Assembly: GCA_951406725.2 (NCBI GenBank)
Contig: OX597823.1
Span: forward strand, 106,888,001 to 106,952,000
Source of the DNA: Octopus vulgaris
Taxonomy: Eukaryota
Length of the DNA: 64,000 nt
Reading direction: 5' to 3'
Shown here one piece after another: positions 43,225-56,000 of this stretch (the stretch's first letter is position 1; every line of letters starts with the position of its first letter). Under the pieces are notes generated by a model. It saw only the letters and a list, made by a program, of their open reading frames with translations, did no database searches and had not been told where the DNA came from. The translations under genes and the position numbers were made by a program.

Positions 43225-43982
43225 GGATTTCTCGGGAGGGTTGCAATCAGAAAACCACTACTTTCAAAAGGCAAACGTTGCAAAGCGTTCAGAGTGGAGT
43301 AAAAACCTACATAATTGGTCCCTAGAGCAGTGGAGGAATGTTATTTTCTCGGACGAGTTATCCTATACCTTATTTCCGACCACCGGCCGAGTATACGTGG
43401 GGAGACAGTCAAGAGAAGCTTTTGACCTAGACTGCCTTCTTCCAACTGTTAAACATGGGGGAGGATCTATGATGATCTGGGGGTGGGGCTATATTTTGGA
43501 AATCCGCAGGCACAATGGTTTCCCTTCATGGCGGAATTGAGAGTCAAGGCTATGCATTTTATCTGATCAAATTCATTCTATGGTTGTGGAACTGTTTCCG
43601 GAGAGAAACGTAGTCTTTCAGGATGATTATTCACCAATTCACACTACTAGATTTGTTACTGAATGGCACGAGGAACATTCTAGTGAAGCTGATCAACTTA
43701 TCTGGCCACCATAGTCCCCAGATCTCAATATTATTGAACATTTATGGCGCATTTTAGAAAAACAAGTAAAGAGTCGATATCCTCCACCATCATCACAACA
43801 AGAACTGGAGACTATTTTAGCTGAAGAATGGACAAAAATTCCTTTGGAAATGATTCAAACTTTGTATGAGTCCATACATCGTAGAATTCAAGCTGTAATT
43901 ATTGCCAAAGGCAGTCCTACCCCATATTTAAAATAAATTTGTTTGAAATTTTAAGGTGTTTCCATTATATTGTCCAACCCTG
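43225..43982 (+). mobile_element. Tc1 (DD34E) transposon, 5'-truncated pseudogene
   Basis: RKPLL..., VIFSDE, PTVKHGGGSMMIWG, VFQDD.SPIH, WPP*SPDLNIIEHLW, AKGSPTPY; right end GGTGTTTCCATTATATTGTCCAACCCTG. Confidence 0.92.
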
Positions 43983-44275
43983 GTGTATACACTCTCACAC
44001 ATATACATACGCGTGCGCGCACGCGCACGCACACACAGAGGAGGGCGACAGAGATAGATACAGACAGGCAGACGTGTAGACTGACAGATACAGCAGTTAG
44101 TTGGCTCATTACAGATAGACATATATAATTATAAATAGCAATATGGCTTGGTCACTAGATAATTATACGTGTGTGGGTTTAAGTGTTTATTTATATACGT
44201 ATATGTGCGCGCGTGTATATATACATATATATATATATATATCGATAGATACATGGACAGATAGATAGATAGATA

Positions 44276-45460
44276 AGTTTCTTTATTGGCCACACAGGGC
44301 TGCACACAGATGGGACAAGTTACAAGGTAGAGCTTTTCTTTTGGGGGAGAAAAAAAAGGTAGCGTAGGTTTTCGATCAAAAGGGATCGTAAAAGGGAAAA
44401 AAGAACAAAAAAAAAGAAAAAACGAAAAGAAAAAAAAAGAAAAAAGGGAAAAGGAATAAAAGAAAAGAAAAATGAAAAAAGAAGAAAAAAGAGGAAAAAA
44501 GGGGAAGAGGAAAAAAAGAACGATCAATAGAGATCGTGTATCACAGTGTCATGATGTATGGTGTAAAGGGGAAAGCAAGTAAGGTTTATCCGTGGGAAGA
44601 AAAGCCTATGAAAAAGACCACGGTAACCTTGGTCAATATTGTTATATGTTACCACATTTGTTTGCAAGTGGGTAACCCTCTGTTTTCAATTTCTGGGTTC
44701 ATAGGATTATGCTCTAGGTGACTTCGTCATTCATACGTGCCATCCTTGCTACATTCACCCATCTTTTTTTAAAACGTTCGCTAGACAAAACTTGCCTCTG
44801 TACTCTCACTTTCCTTTTCAAGTGGTACTTGAAGAAGTTGATGAGAGATTGACCAGAGAGGAAAGTGTTTGTCTCCAATCCTTTCAGACGCGTCCACCAG
44901 ATACATTCTTTCGCCATAGCCACAAGGATGATGAAAATAGCTCTTCCATCCCGTTTGAAGGAAGGAGGCGTGACAATATTGACGATAGACTCAGCTGATA
45001 AACCGACTCGTCCCACACGTGACAGCAGTTGTTCGACATAAGCCCACAGGTCGGAAATTGTTGGATACTGCACGAGTGCGTGCAGAACGGTTTCGTCGCT
45101 CTGACCGCATCTCGGGCAGGTCGGCCCCGTGTTTCTCGAGCCGTGTCTGTAGAGCTTATCCCGAACGGGTAGCGCTTCTCGGTAGCACTGCCAGGCCAGG
45201 GATCTCTGGAAGTTGTCCATGGGCCCTAGCCCGAAAGTCGTCCCGAATAGGCGGGTCAGGTATTCCTCGTCGACGTCCAGGTTCGCCCCGAGCTCGTCGT
45301 CGTACCTCCCCTCCACTAATCCCCTACAGAATGCTTTGGTTGTGATGGAGTCACTCAAGGTTGACCCAGGACGGTAGAGTTGTTTGAGAGCAACGCGACC
45401 CTCGCGGTGACATTCGCCCATCCTCGGCCTCTTTTTGATCCACGATTGCAGTTCGGTCAT
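44276..45460 (-). mobile_element. Tx1/L1-clade LINE, 5'-truncated: ORF2 C-terminus (zf-RVT-like) plus 3' UTR, embedded in (GATA)n
   Basis: Open frame 44714-45460 with SLAWQCYREALPVRDKL...CPRCGQSDETVLHAL...LWAYV; T-rich 3' UTR; AATAAA at 44282-44287; GATA repeats at both junctions. Confidence 0.88.
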
Positions 45461-45487
45461 GATAGATAGATAGATAGACAGATAGAC

Positions 45488-45642
<155 letters not shown>

Positions 45643-45781
45643 TGCATATATATGTACGTAGACACACACACACACACACACACACACAGAGCACTGGTAC
45701 GAAAATTTTAAGGAAGCTACCCTTTAATGTTTTACTAAGTGAATCAGCCTTCTGCGTTTATATATATATATATATATGTGG

Positions 45782-45824
<43 letters not shown>

Positions 45825-46745
45825 TATATATATATAGATATGTATGCATACATATGCATATGTATGCATATAAATGTGTGTAATTGTGTGCACACACACA
45901 AGCACACACACATACACATACATATATATATGAGGTGAGTAATGACTGAGTGCGGTGGAGGTGGCTTCGCCTAACATTTTCCTAATAATTGGTCTCGTTA
46001 CGTAAGTGCATGTATGGCTTATCAGTGGCGTAAAAGTTTTCTCTCTTCCTGGATATTTGTGTGTGTATGTTTGTTAGAGTGTGAGCGTGATTATGTTTGT
46101 GTGTGTGTGTGTATACATAGATATTCGCGCACCTTCAACCTCACACAGCCGGCACAATCCCCCCCCCCCCTCATACACACACACACAGTTACAGGCACCT
46201 CAGATATAACTTCGAATCCATCTCATTTCGACCAACTGTGTTATTGATTGCATAAACAAAACTAAAAGTTCCACTTCAGTTCCACCTCTCAGATTATTTC
46301 GTCGCCACTAACTCCCGTTCCCGTTTATGTAGCTAACACACTACTGCTTAACAAAGTCCAATATCATACAAAAGTACGATATTTACGAAAATACTTAACC
46401 CGAAAAGTTTGATTCAACTCCACGTCACTTAAAGTCTTGCTCCTAATATCTGCTGAGATGGACATATCCTACGCGTCCAGAAAACTTTATGTCATGTACA
46501 GTAGACTCAAACAGTTATTGGCTGATTCATGATAAAGCTTATAACTTTCTAATCAGGTCTGGGTCACCTCTTTTCGGTATTCTCTAATGAGAAAGACACA
46601 ATGAACCAGAAATACATTTCGAGGTTAAATAGGGGGCGCCACTTACCTTACCATAAGTCAGAACCCTTTTCTACAGCGTACTCTGCAGTGAAATTGCGTT
46701 CGGATGTTAAAATATATGATCGAGATATTTGAACTAACCTAAGAT

Positions 46746-46841
<96 letters not shown>

Positions 46842-46860
46842 TGTGTGTGTATGTGTGTGT

Positions 46861-46915
<55 letters not shown>

Positions 46916-46970
46916 CGTGTACGCGCGTAGAACTCAAAACATGAGTATATATATATTCACGTTATTTTCA

Positions 46971-47562
46971 TTATGATAAGTCTTGTGATCAAGAGGTAAA
47001 AAAATATCCTAGGAGACAATATTTTAACATGCCCGCAGTTCAATGACGGAGACAACTAAGAGAGTTTGCAATATCATTAATTAATGACGATTAACAATTA
47101 CGATTGTAAATGTAAATGATACGGCTTTAAAAATAAAGTTATGGAGATAATTCGTTCGACCAAAATAATTCCAGACGGTTTTCCCCCATGTAGCAGTCTA
47201 ATGAGTGAAACAAGTAAACGATAATAAAAGACGTATGTATACCGGTTCGAAATAATTCAGCTTCATTGGCCAGTTTAAATGACGGGATCAACTTTGTGAC
47301 CCTGTCATCTATGCTGTTCAGGAATGATTTAAATGACGGGATGTTAATCTCATGGAAGAATGATTTGTGTTCATGACCAAGAGTTTGCTTGAAAACATTT
47401 CAAATCATTCACATTTACAATCGTAATTGTTAATCTTCATTAATTAATGATATTGTAAACTCTGTTAGTTGTCCCCGTCACTGAACTGCGGCCATGTTAA
47501 AATATTGTCACCAAGGATATTTTTTTACCTCTTGATCAAATCTACCCTGTACTTATCATAAG
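46971..47562. repeat. Inverted repeat, arms ~46971-47120 and ~47405-47562
   Basis: TGATCAAGAGGTAAAAAAATATCC...ATTACGATTGTAAATG is reverse-complemented in the right arm. Confidence 0.9.
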
Positions 47563-47774
47563 ACTGGACTTACTTTTACCAAATATTTATTGCCGAATCG
47601 CTAAGTTGCCAGAACGTAAATTAATCTACAGCGGTTGTGAGGCGGTGAGAGATAAACAGGAATGCTCCCCTGAATATAGATACTCATATAAAGGGCTCTT
47701 GCACAGAGGGACGGAATCAGAAACCACGTAGCTGCGGAGCGAACTTCTTAACCACATAGCCCTATCTGAACCTC

Positions 47775-47810
<36 letters not shown>

Positions 47811-47824
47811 CTTATATTATCCTT

Positions 47825-48398
47825 TCTACTATAGACGCAAAGCTTGAAATTTTGGGGTAAGGAGTAAGCCGATTACATCGACCCCAGTGCTCAGCTGGTA
47901 CTTAATTTATCGACCTCAAAAGGATGAATGGCGAAGTCGACCTCGGCGAAATTTGAACTCAGAACGTTAAGACAGACGAAATACCTATTTCTTTACTACT
48001 CACAAGCGGTTAAACACAGAGAGGACAAACAAGGGCAGACAAAGGGATTAAGTCGATTATATCGAGCCCAGTGCGTAACTGGTACTTAATTTATCGACCC
48101 CGAAATGATGAAAGGCAAAGTCGACCTCGGCGGAATTTGAACTCAGAACGTAGCAGCAGACGAAATACCTATTTCTTTACTACACACAAGGGGCTAAACA
48201 CAGAGAGGACAAACAAGGACAGACAAACGGATTAAGTCGATTATATCGACCCCAGTGCGTAACTGGTACTTATTTAATCGACCCCGAAAGGATGAAAGGC
48301 AAAGTCGACCTCGGCGGAATTTGAACTCAGAACGTAATGGCAGACGAAATACTGCTAAGCATTTCGCCCGGCGTGCTAACCTCTCTGCCAGCTCGCCG
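47825..48398 (-). mobile_element. SINE family B trimer (two body+tail2 units, then body+tail1)
   Basis: Three ~183-bp units; head at 48398. Confidence 0.92.
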
Positions 48399-49994
48399 TC
48401 TTTGTGTAAACTTGGCATAAACATAGCAAACTTAACTACATCTTCGGAGATGTGTTCATCGTTTGACCTATCCTAAAGACACAAGCAGCCAATCTGTTCA
48501 TATATGTGATTTTTTATTTTTTATTCAATCTGTTCATATATGATCAACAAATCCAGTTGCCACAGAGAACTGAACCTACTAATTTGCATTCCCACTTTAT
48601 TTATTATCGATTGTGTGCGTGTCAATTTGCATTTAAATAATAATTATTTCTATTGTTATGGCATTTAGTTTCAGTTCTGTTAGGTAATTGTTGACACTTT
48701 CAGTCTATATATTCATCACACTTTTTATTCCCTTTCATGTGAGCCGTGAATATCTAAATAAAGTAGATATATTATATTACAGCCAAGAAGCTACATCAGT
48801 AGCGCAAGAGCTGGGTTATTCGTGAAACACCCAACCAAATTTACATGAGACAATTTCTGTATAATGTCTGTTGCCGCATAAAGTAACAGGGAATTAACCC
48901 TTTTGCCATTGTCCATCTGATTTCTCTTCCTTGTAAAAATATCTTGAAGAAACTATTCGATAACTAACAAACTCTGAACTTAGGATTTAATAAAGTTTTA
49001 CATATACTTCGTTAATTTAATTCAAGTGTAGATTTAATTATTGTCCCACTAATTATTATATTTATTTAGTTATCTAACTGGTTACCCAAAAATTCCTATT
49101 AAGCCTTTGTTGCAAGTAGCCATTTTTAAATAATAGCGCCAATTTGTGGTAGCTGGCAATATGACGTAATGTCGTATTGCCGAAGAAATATTATTGTCGT
49201 TTTTCCATTGGTTAATATAACTGCTTATATAAGGATTCTAAAAGTTACTTAAAGAATATTTGTATGTGATTTCGATACTTTTAAGTCAAGTTGAGCAGTT
49301 ATAAAAACCCTGGATTTTAGGAAAACTTTAGTGTTCGTTAGATGTAACTAAACTCCACGACACACACTCCTTTGAGACATTGGTGATTTTTCATGCCATG
49401 TCCAAGGAAAATCCAACAAGTCTTATTTGAATTGTTGTGATTCAATATTAGTTAGATTTATGAATTAGATAGTAAAATTTATAGTCGTAATTCTATACGA
49501 CGAAAATTATCTTTCTTTCACCAGTATATAATATAAAATGTTATATTTATATAATAAAATTAATTAAGAAAATATTTTCTCTTTCTTCACGTTCTTCAAC
49601 TATGTGTAAATGTGTATTTCTGTAATTATAAAATAGTATTTTCTTATAGCGGTTAAATGAACACGAAAATAATATTATACATACATGACGCTAATATTCG
49701 TTAGCGTTCCATAAAGCATATTTCTCTACAGCGTTTATATACTGTGGTTCAGATTTGCGTATAATGATAACACTTAAGTTATAAGTGACGGTTTAATCAT
49801 TATATATATCCTTACTTTAAAAGCCAAATAACTTTATATATTTCCAAATAGGAAACATAATAAGTAGCGTTGCAAAAAAACTAAATAGAAAATACGCTAT
49901 AAAATGACATAAGAGAAGCATAGGTTGCTTAAACCGCTTATACCTTTTCCTTATTTATTAGACTTTATCAGATTTATACTACTTGTTTTCTATC

Positions 49995-50290
49995 TCTCCA
50001 AATGAGGGGCTGAGGTAGGCCAGGGGTATATGGTCAGTGACGTCACGCGAACGGCCGAGGGGACTTGCTGGAGGGAGATGAGTGAGGGAGATCATGTGAA
50101 CGGAAAGATGACAAGCGTGAGCCTCTTTTGCCTTGGGTCTATCGTTCGGGACGGGCGCACTTGGGCGCTTGAGTAGAGAAAATTTGCCGTTAGGTTCTGG
50201 CCAGAAGTTAGGCGAGTACGGCTCCTACGTATATACGCCGGCTGTAAAGGTTCGACATCACGAGAGGACCCGCGAGGTAGGTATTTTGCG
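49995..50290 (+). promoter_or_regulatory. CpG-rich island: putative Pol II promoter / first exon with a palindromic CRE and a splice donor
   Basis: Sharp GC/CpG rise inside ~2 kb of repeat-free AT-rich DNA; GTGACGTCAC at 50037-50046; GAG|GTAGGT at 50276/50277 where GC content drops. Confidence 0.55.
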
Positions 50291-50649
50291 CTTTCTTCCC
50301 ATACACACATAGTTTAATTATTTAGTTCCATACCCAAGAATTAAATAACATACTTTACATATTTCATTGCAAACCAAATTTAGTATTAAATTTATAATAT
50401 ATTCCACATCTTATATGTCTTTTTAATTTCACAGTTCGTATTATATTGTATTCTACGTTTTAAATCTTAATTTATCGTTATCAAGTTAGTATTCAGTTGT
50501 ATTCATTTTTGGAGAATGTTTTTTGAATAGTTTTATGTTTTATGTATAATTAGGTGGCGTCGGTAAAAATGCCTGGCTGTACTTCTGGTTGAGTGTGACC
50601 GCCTGCTAGTTTTATCAGCAGTAAGTAGTATTATGATATGCAATAGTTT

Positions 50650-50743
<94 letters not shown>

Positions 50744-51064
50744 CGTGTGTGTGTGTGTGTGTGTGTGTATTAATAAAAGAGAACCTCCAACAAAAAGGTA
50801 ATTTGTTCTGTTCGAGATCAAGTTAGGGTCTGGCTAAAACACTCTCCACATACCGGTTCACAGTAGGTGCATAACTTAGACCCTTACATGTTCTCGAATG
50901 AAATAAAAGGTTTTTTGGTGAGTCCTAGTTTTAAAAAGGCGCGTTTACATTCTGTATTTATTCTATGATAATTAATTTGTTTCCATGGAAAAAACAGCTC
51001 TAAAGTATATCTATGCTTGTATATTTGTATGTCTGTATACACACACGAATACACATACTCATAC

Positions 51065-51970
51065 ACACACGAGTTATTCAAAAGTGGGTATAACTGGCAT
51101 TATTAACTGGTATTATTAACTGGCAGAGGTTGTTCAAATGACATATGTTGTTAAGATAAATCTTCCTCATTCTTCTTCATTGCAGGCAAATAACGGTTTC
51201 AAAGCAGAAGCAGAGTTGCATCATGTCCCTTTAACAAAAAGGCTCGAGGTTGTTTACAGAGAAGACACCATTGACAGGTGTGTAAACAGGTGGATGACAA
51301 AAGCTTAAAGAAGGGAAACCGAATATAGAAGAGCAACCATGCATTAGAGGATCATGTATTGCGACCACAGACATTAACCCCTATCGAGTGGACAAGTTGA
51401 TTCACGCTGAAAAACATGTAAAAGTGTGAGAATATACCGTACAAGTGGCCTGTGGTAACAACGCATTAAAGAAGAATTTGAGTATCGAAAATTGTGTACA
51501 AAGGGAAGCCTCGCGATTAGATACTCGAGGAATACAGTGAGAACAGGACTCTCTGATCTGCTGCAAGAGTTTGAAGTAAATAAAGACAGGTTTTTTTCTG
51601 TTTTGGGTTTTTTTTTTTGTTTTTCTTATTTGTTAACAAAAACTGAAATATGACCGTTCCTTTTTTATCCAGAAATGAAAGCTCAGACCATTGAATGGGG
51701 TTATATCTCTTCTCTAAGCCTTAAATATTTAAGGAGGCAACGATCTACTCAGAAAATCACGGTGGCTAGTGGTGGTGGAGGGATGGGTCAAGGGTAGCTT
51801 TCTCCTTGATTTTGTGGATGTATCATGAACGGTGAGGTACGGCCAAGAACTGAAAAAGTTTTGAGAAGTCATTAGGAAGCCAAACAAAAACCTGAAAATG
51901 CTACCCAACCATGTTCATAATGCGTGACCACGCAAGTTTTGCAGCAAATCGGGCAATCAGCAAAGTGAAC
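51065..51970 (+). mobile_element. Highly decayed mariner-like transposon
   Basis: Remnant VYREDTIDR..VNRW..K..EG..NIEEQP (HTH region) and HNA*PR (HDNARPH-like). Confidence 0.6.
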
Positions 51971-52146
51971 TGATATGTGCGTGTGTATGTGTGTATATGT
52001 GTGTCGAGTGGGAGAGAGAGAGAGTAGAATCTCTGTATAAAAGAAGAGTTAGTTTATTAACCTGAGCAATTTGAACGGTTCATGTCAATTAAGGCAAAAG
52101 GACATACCCAGTCTTGCATTACCTTTGGGACAACACTGGTGTGTAT

Positions 52147-52203
<57 letters not shown>

Positions 52204-52617
52204 CGTGTATGTGTGAGTGTGTGTCTGTGTGCTATTCGTACACGTGTTTTCTTTTATTTTTTCCCCTTTGTTTTAAACATTAGACTGTGGCCATGCTGGG
52301 TGGTGGGGTACAACCCTAAGGGGTTTATTCAATTCAGTTGACCCTAGTATTTATATTTTTTTTGTTTGCTTTTAATTTCACTTCTTGTACTTATTCTAAA
52401 GGATGTAGGAGAAGTGAGGATTAAAAGAGAAGAGGAGGAGGAGGAGGAGGAAGGGGAATGAAAATATTGCTAACGTTGAAGCATGGCCGTGAGAGGATAG
52501 AAAAGGACGAAAAGATTGGGTGGTGGGGTGGGGCGTAGTAGTGGAGAGAAAAAACATGATTTGTTGGCGAGACAGCAGTAAGTACAGCAAGTCTGGAAGA
52601 TCTAAAATTAAGCAATA

Positions 52618-52660
<43 letters not shown>

Positions 52661-53197
52661 ATCATATATACAAAAACGTTCACAGATTCATATAAACTTA
52701 CATGTATATGCACACGTGCGTATACACACATGCAGGCGCGCACTAACATTTGATGAATGCAATGTTGTGTGCAGTAGCAATGCAAATCTGTTGCATGGCA
52801 GTATGTGGTGAGACTGACTGCAGTATGAAGTGTGTGGGGCGGGTACAGTGGTTAGGGGTACATAGGATGGTGTCTGCAGGGTAGGAAGAGGGGAAACTGA
52901 CAAGAAATGCTGAGTAGATGTTGCAGACAGCAGCAATTAAACTAAAAGTGCATTAGTGCAGTGCAATTAAACACTGCTGGGTGCATCTGAACTGCGTCCA
53001 CTGCATCATACACAAACACACTTGCTTATAAATACATATACGTGTATGTATATGCATATATACATACACATATATATACATGTCTATTTATCTATATATC
53101 CATCTATCTATTTATCAATATATCTACCTGTGTGTGTGTGTGTGTGTGTGTATACGAGTGTATGCATGTACTAGTGCCCAAATTCTTCCAGTTCTTA

Positions 53198-53590
53198 TTC
53201 TTTTACTCTTTACTCTTTTACTTGCTTCAGTCATTTGATTGCGGCCATGCTGGAGCACCGCCTTTAGTCGAGCAAATCGACCCCGGGACTTATTCTTTGT
53301 AAGCCCAGTACTTATTCTATCGGTCTCTTTTGCCGAACCACTAAGTGACGGGGACGTAAACACACCAGCATCGGTTGTCAAGCAATGCTAGAGGGACAAA
53401 CACAGACACACAAACACACATACATATATATATATACATATATACAACAGGCTTCTTTCAGTTTCCGTCTGCCAAATCCACTCACAAGGCATTGGTCGGT
53501 CCGAGGCTATAGCAGAAGACACTTGCCCAAGATGCCACGCAGTGGGACTGAACCCGAAACCATGTGGTTGTTTAGCAAGCTACTTACCAA
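53198..53590 (-). mobile_element. SINE family A, head slightly truncated
   Basis: Matches 4536-4960. Confidence 0.9.
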
Positions 53591-54389
53591 CTAATTCTAA
53601 TCCAAGTTTCGTTATTCTTCGCTGATTACACCAGGGAATCGTGAAACTCGGAGTAGCGTAAAGAGGGTAATCATACAGGTAAGGTTACTCTCTACTTCAA
53701 TGCTGAATGCTTTTCCTTCTTACATATAAACTTATACGTGTGTGTGTATGTGTGTGCGTGTTTATTTATCTATATACGTATGTATGTATGTATGTATGTA
53801 TGTATGTATGTATGTATGTATGTATGTATGTATGTATGTATGTATGTATGTATGTATGTATGTATACATGTATGTATGCATGTATGTACTTGTAAATGTG
53901 TATATTATGCTCCAGAAAGAACTGGAAAGTGGTGTACTTTTAATTCTCCAGTCAGCAGAAGCCTGAGGCTAACCACATACATGAAGTCTCAAGGTAGATG
54001 AAAGTCTTCAGGTGTAGAAAATCCAGTTATCACGCCGGTAAATCAAGTGTGTGTGTGTGTGTGTCTAGTTAAGAGTAAAATATAATCCAAAAACGAAGAC
54101 AAAGAATTTAGTATATTTTTGATGACCAGTAACACTTGTTTCTTTCAGTACCGATCTGTTTCTAACATCATTGCATACATAAGTTTCTTGTGCAAAGTTC
54201 CGTTACATTTGCCGTTTTAAATATTAGAGTGGCACTTGATCAGACGTGCGTGAAAAGGTGCGCTCTGACATTGTGCGTCTGCCGACCGTTTGTAGATTGC
54301 TTGTGTCAAGAAGAAACAATAGGTTTAAGACAAAAGTAAAAAAAAAAATGGTGAAGTCAGATAAAAATAGGATAAGAAGGCAAACAAGA

Positions 54390-54435
<46 letters not shown>

Positions 54436-54575
54436 AGCAGAAGAAGAAGAAGAAGAAGAAATAAAGGGTGATATGATGTTTATAAAACCACTCCATTTCC
54501 GGCATTAAAAACAATTGTAATTGGCCCTTAAAGATGTACTAAAATCTTTCGATGCCTTCTTACAAAGATGTTTAC

Positions 54576-54653
<78 letters not shown>

Positions 54654-54764
54654 GTCTATCTATCTGTTTGTCTGTCTGCCTGTCTATCTATCTATCTATT
54701 TCGCCCCCTCTTTCTCTTTCTCTCTATATATACATATATAACCCTCTCTCTCTCTAAATATGTT

Positions 54765-54832
<68 letters not shown>

Positions 54833-55022
54833 TGTATGTATGTATGTATGTTATACATAGAAATATATAATGTATGTATGCATACATATTTGGATACACA
54901 CAGTCATGTAAATATGGGTTTATGTGTGCGTGTGCGAGTGTTAATAAATTAATGACAAAAGAACAGGAGTTTAGTAATTATTTCCAACAGCTTACAGGTG
55001 TTTCTGAAGCGTACAAACATAG

Positions 55023-55075
<53 letters not shown>

Positions 55076-55085
55076 CATACATATA

Positions 55086-55125
<40 letters not shown>

Positions 55126-55725
55126 TGTGTGTGTGTACGTTTGTATCTACGCTATAACTAACCAAATCAGTGAATTATTGTCGCACAAAATAATTTTGTG
55201 TATTAACCATTCTCGTACGGTGTTACATGTAAGTCGACTATATTTCATTGAAGAAGACGACCACACTTATTACAACAGCTCCGAAAGATCTGAATTAACC
55301 CTTGCATGTTTTGATTTAATCTTCTGTGAAATATCGGGAGTTCTCTCCCTTACCGATTTTCAGAATCATTTTTATTTACGCTGTTGACTCTTTTCGTTGT
55401 TTCAGTTAAAATTTCAATGAGAGAAGAAAGAGATGGACGCTTCAATTCTATGCTGCTGCCGCATTATGTCGTACGCGAATGAGAGGATTTGCATCCCCAA
55501 CCAAGAATTTTTTATGTAACACATGTCCTTGTGGAAGCTGTTGTGCGCGGCTGAAGAAGGCCACAGACATACATTATGCATTGTTATAAATCTGTCTAAT
55601 AAAGGCCCGAAACATATGTACCGCTGAATCCTTCGCATCATGTTTTTATTTTGATCAATTTACTCCACCACCTACACCACCAAACAGTATACACAGGTGC
55701 TTATAATTATCAAGTACTCACCCCG

Positions 55726-55781
<56 letters not shown>

Positions 55782-55936
55782 AAAACCTTCAAACTTCAGT
55801 CAAGAACCGGATCATCCTCGCAATTTCGGCTGATAAATCTTGAGATTGCTCCAATCTGGCCAGCCCCAAGGAAAATCTAAGCTAAGCGCATTAGATTCCT
55901 TGGAAGAAAGCTTCGAATGCATACATATACATATAT

Positions 55937-56000
<64 letters not shown>

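Noticed and set aside
50092-50310. Minus-strand 72-aa ORF over the CpG island
   Set aside because: Non-ATG start, no recognisable domain; GC-rich DNA is often open by chance
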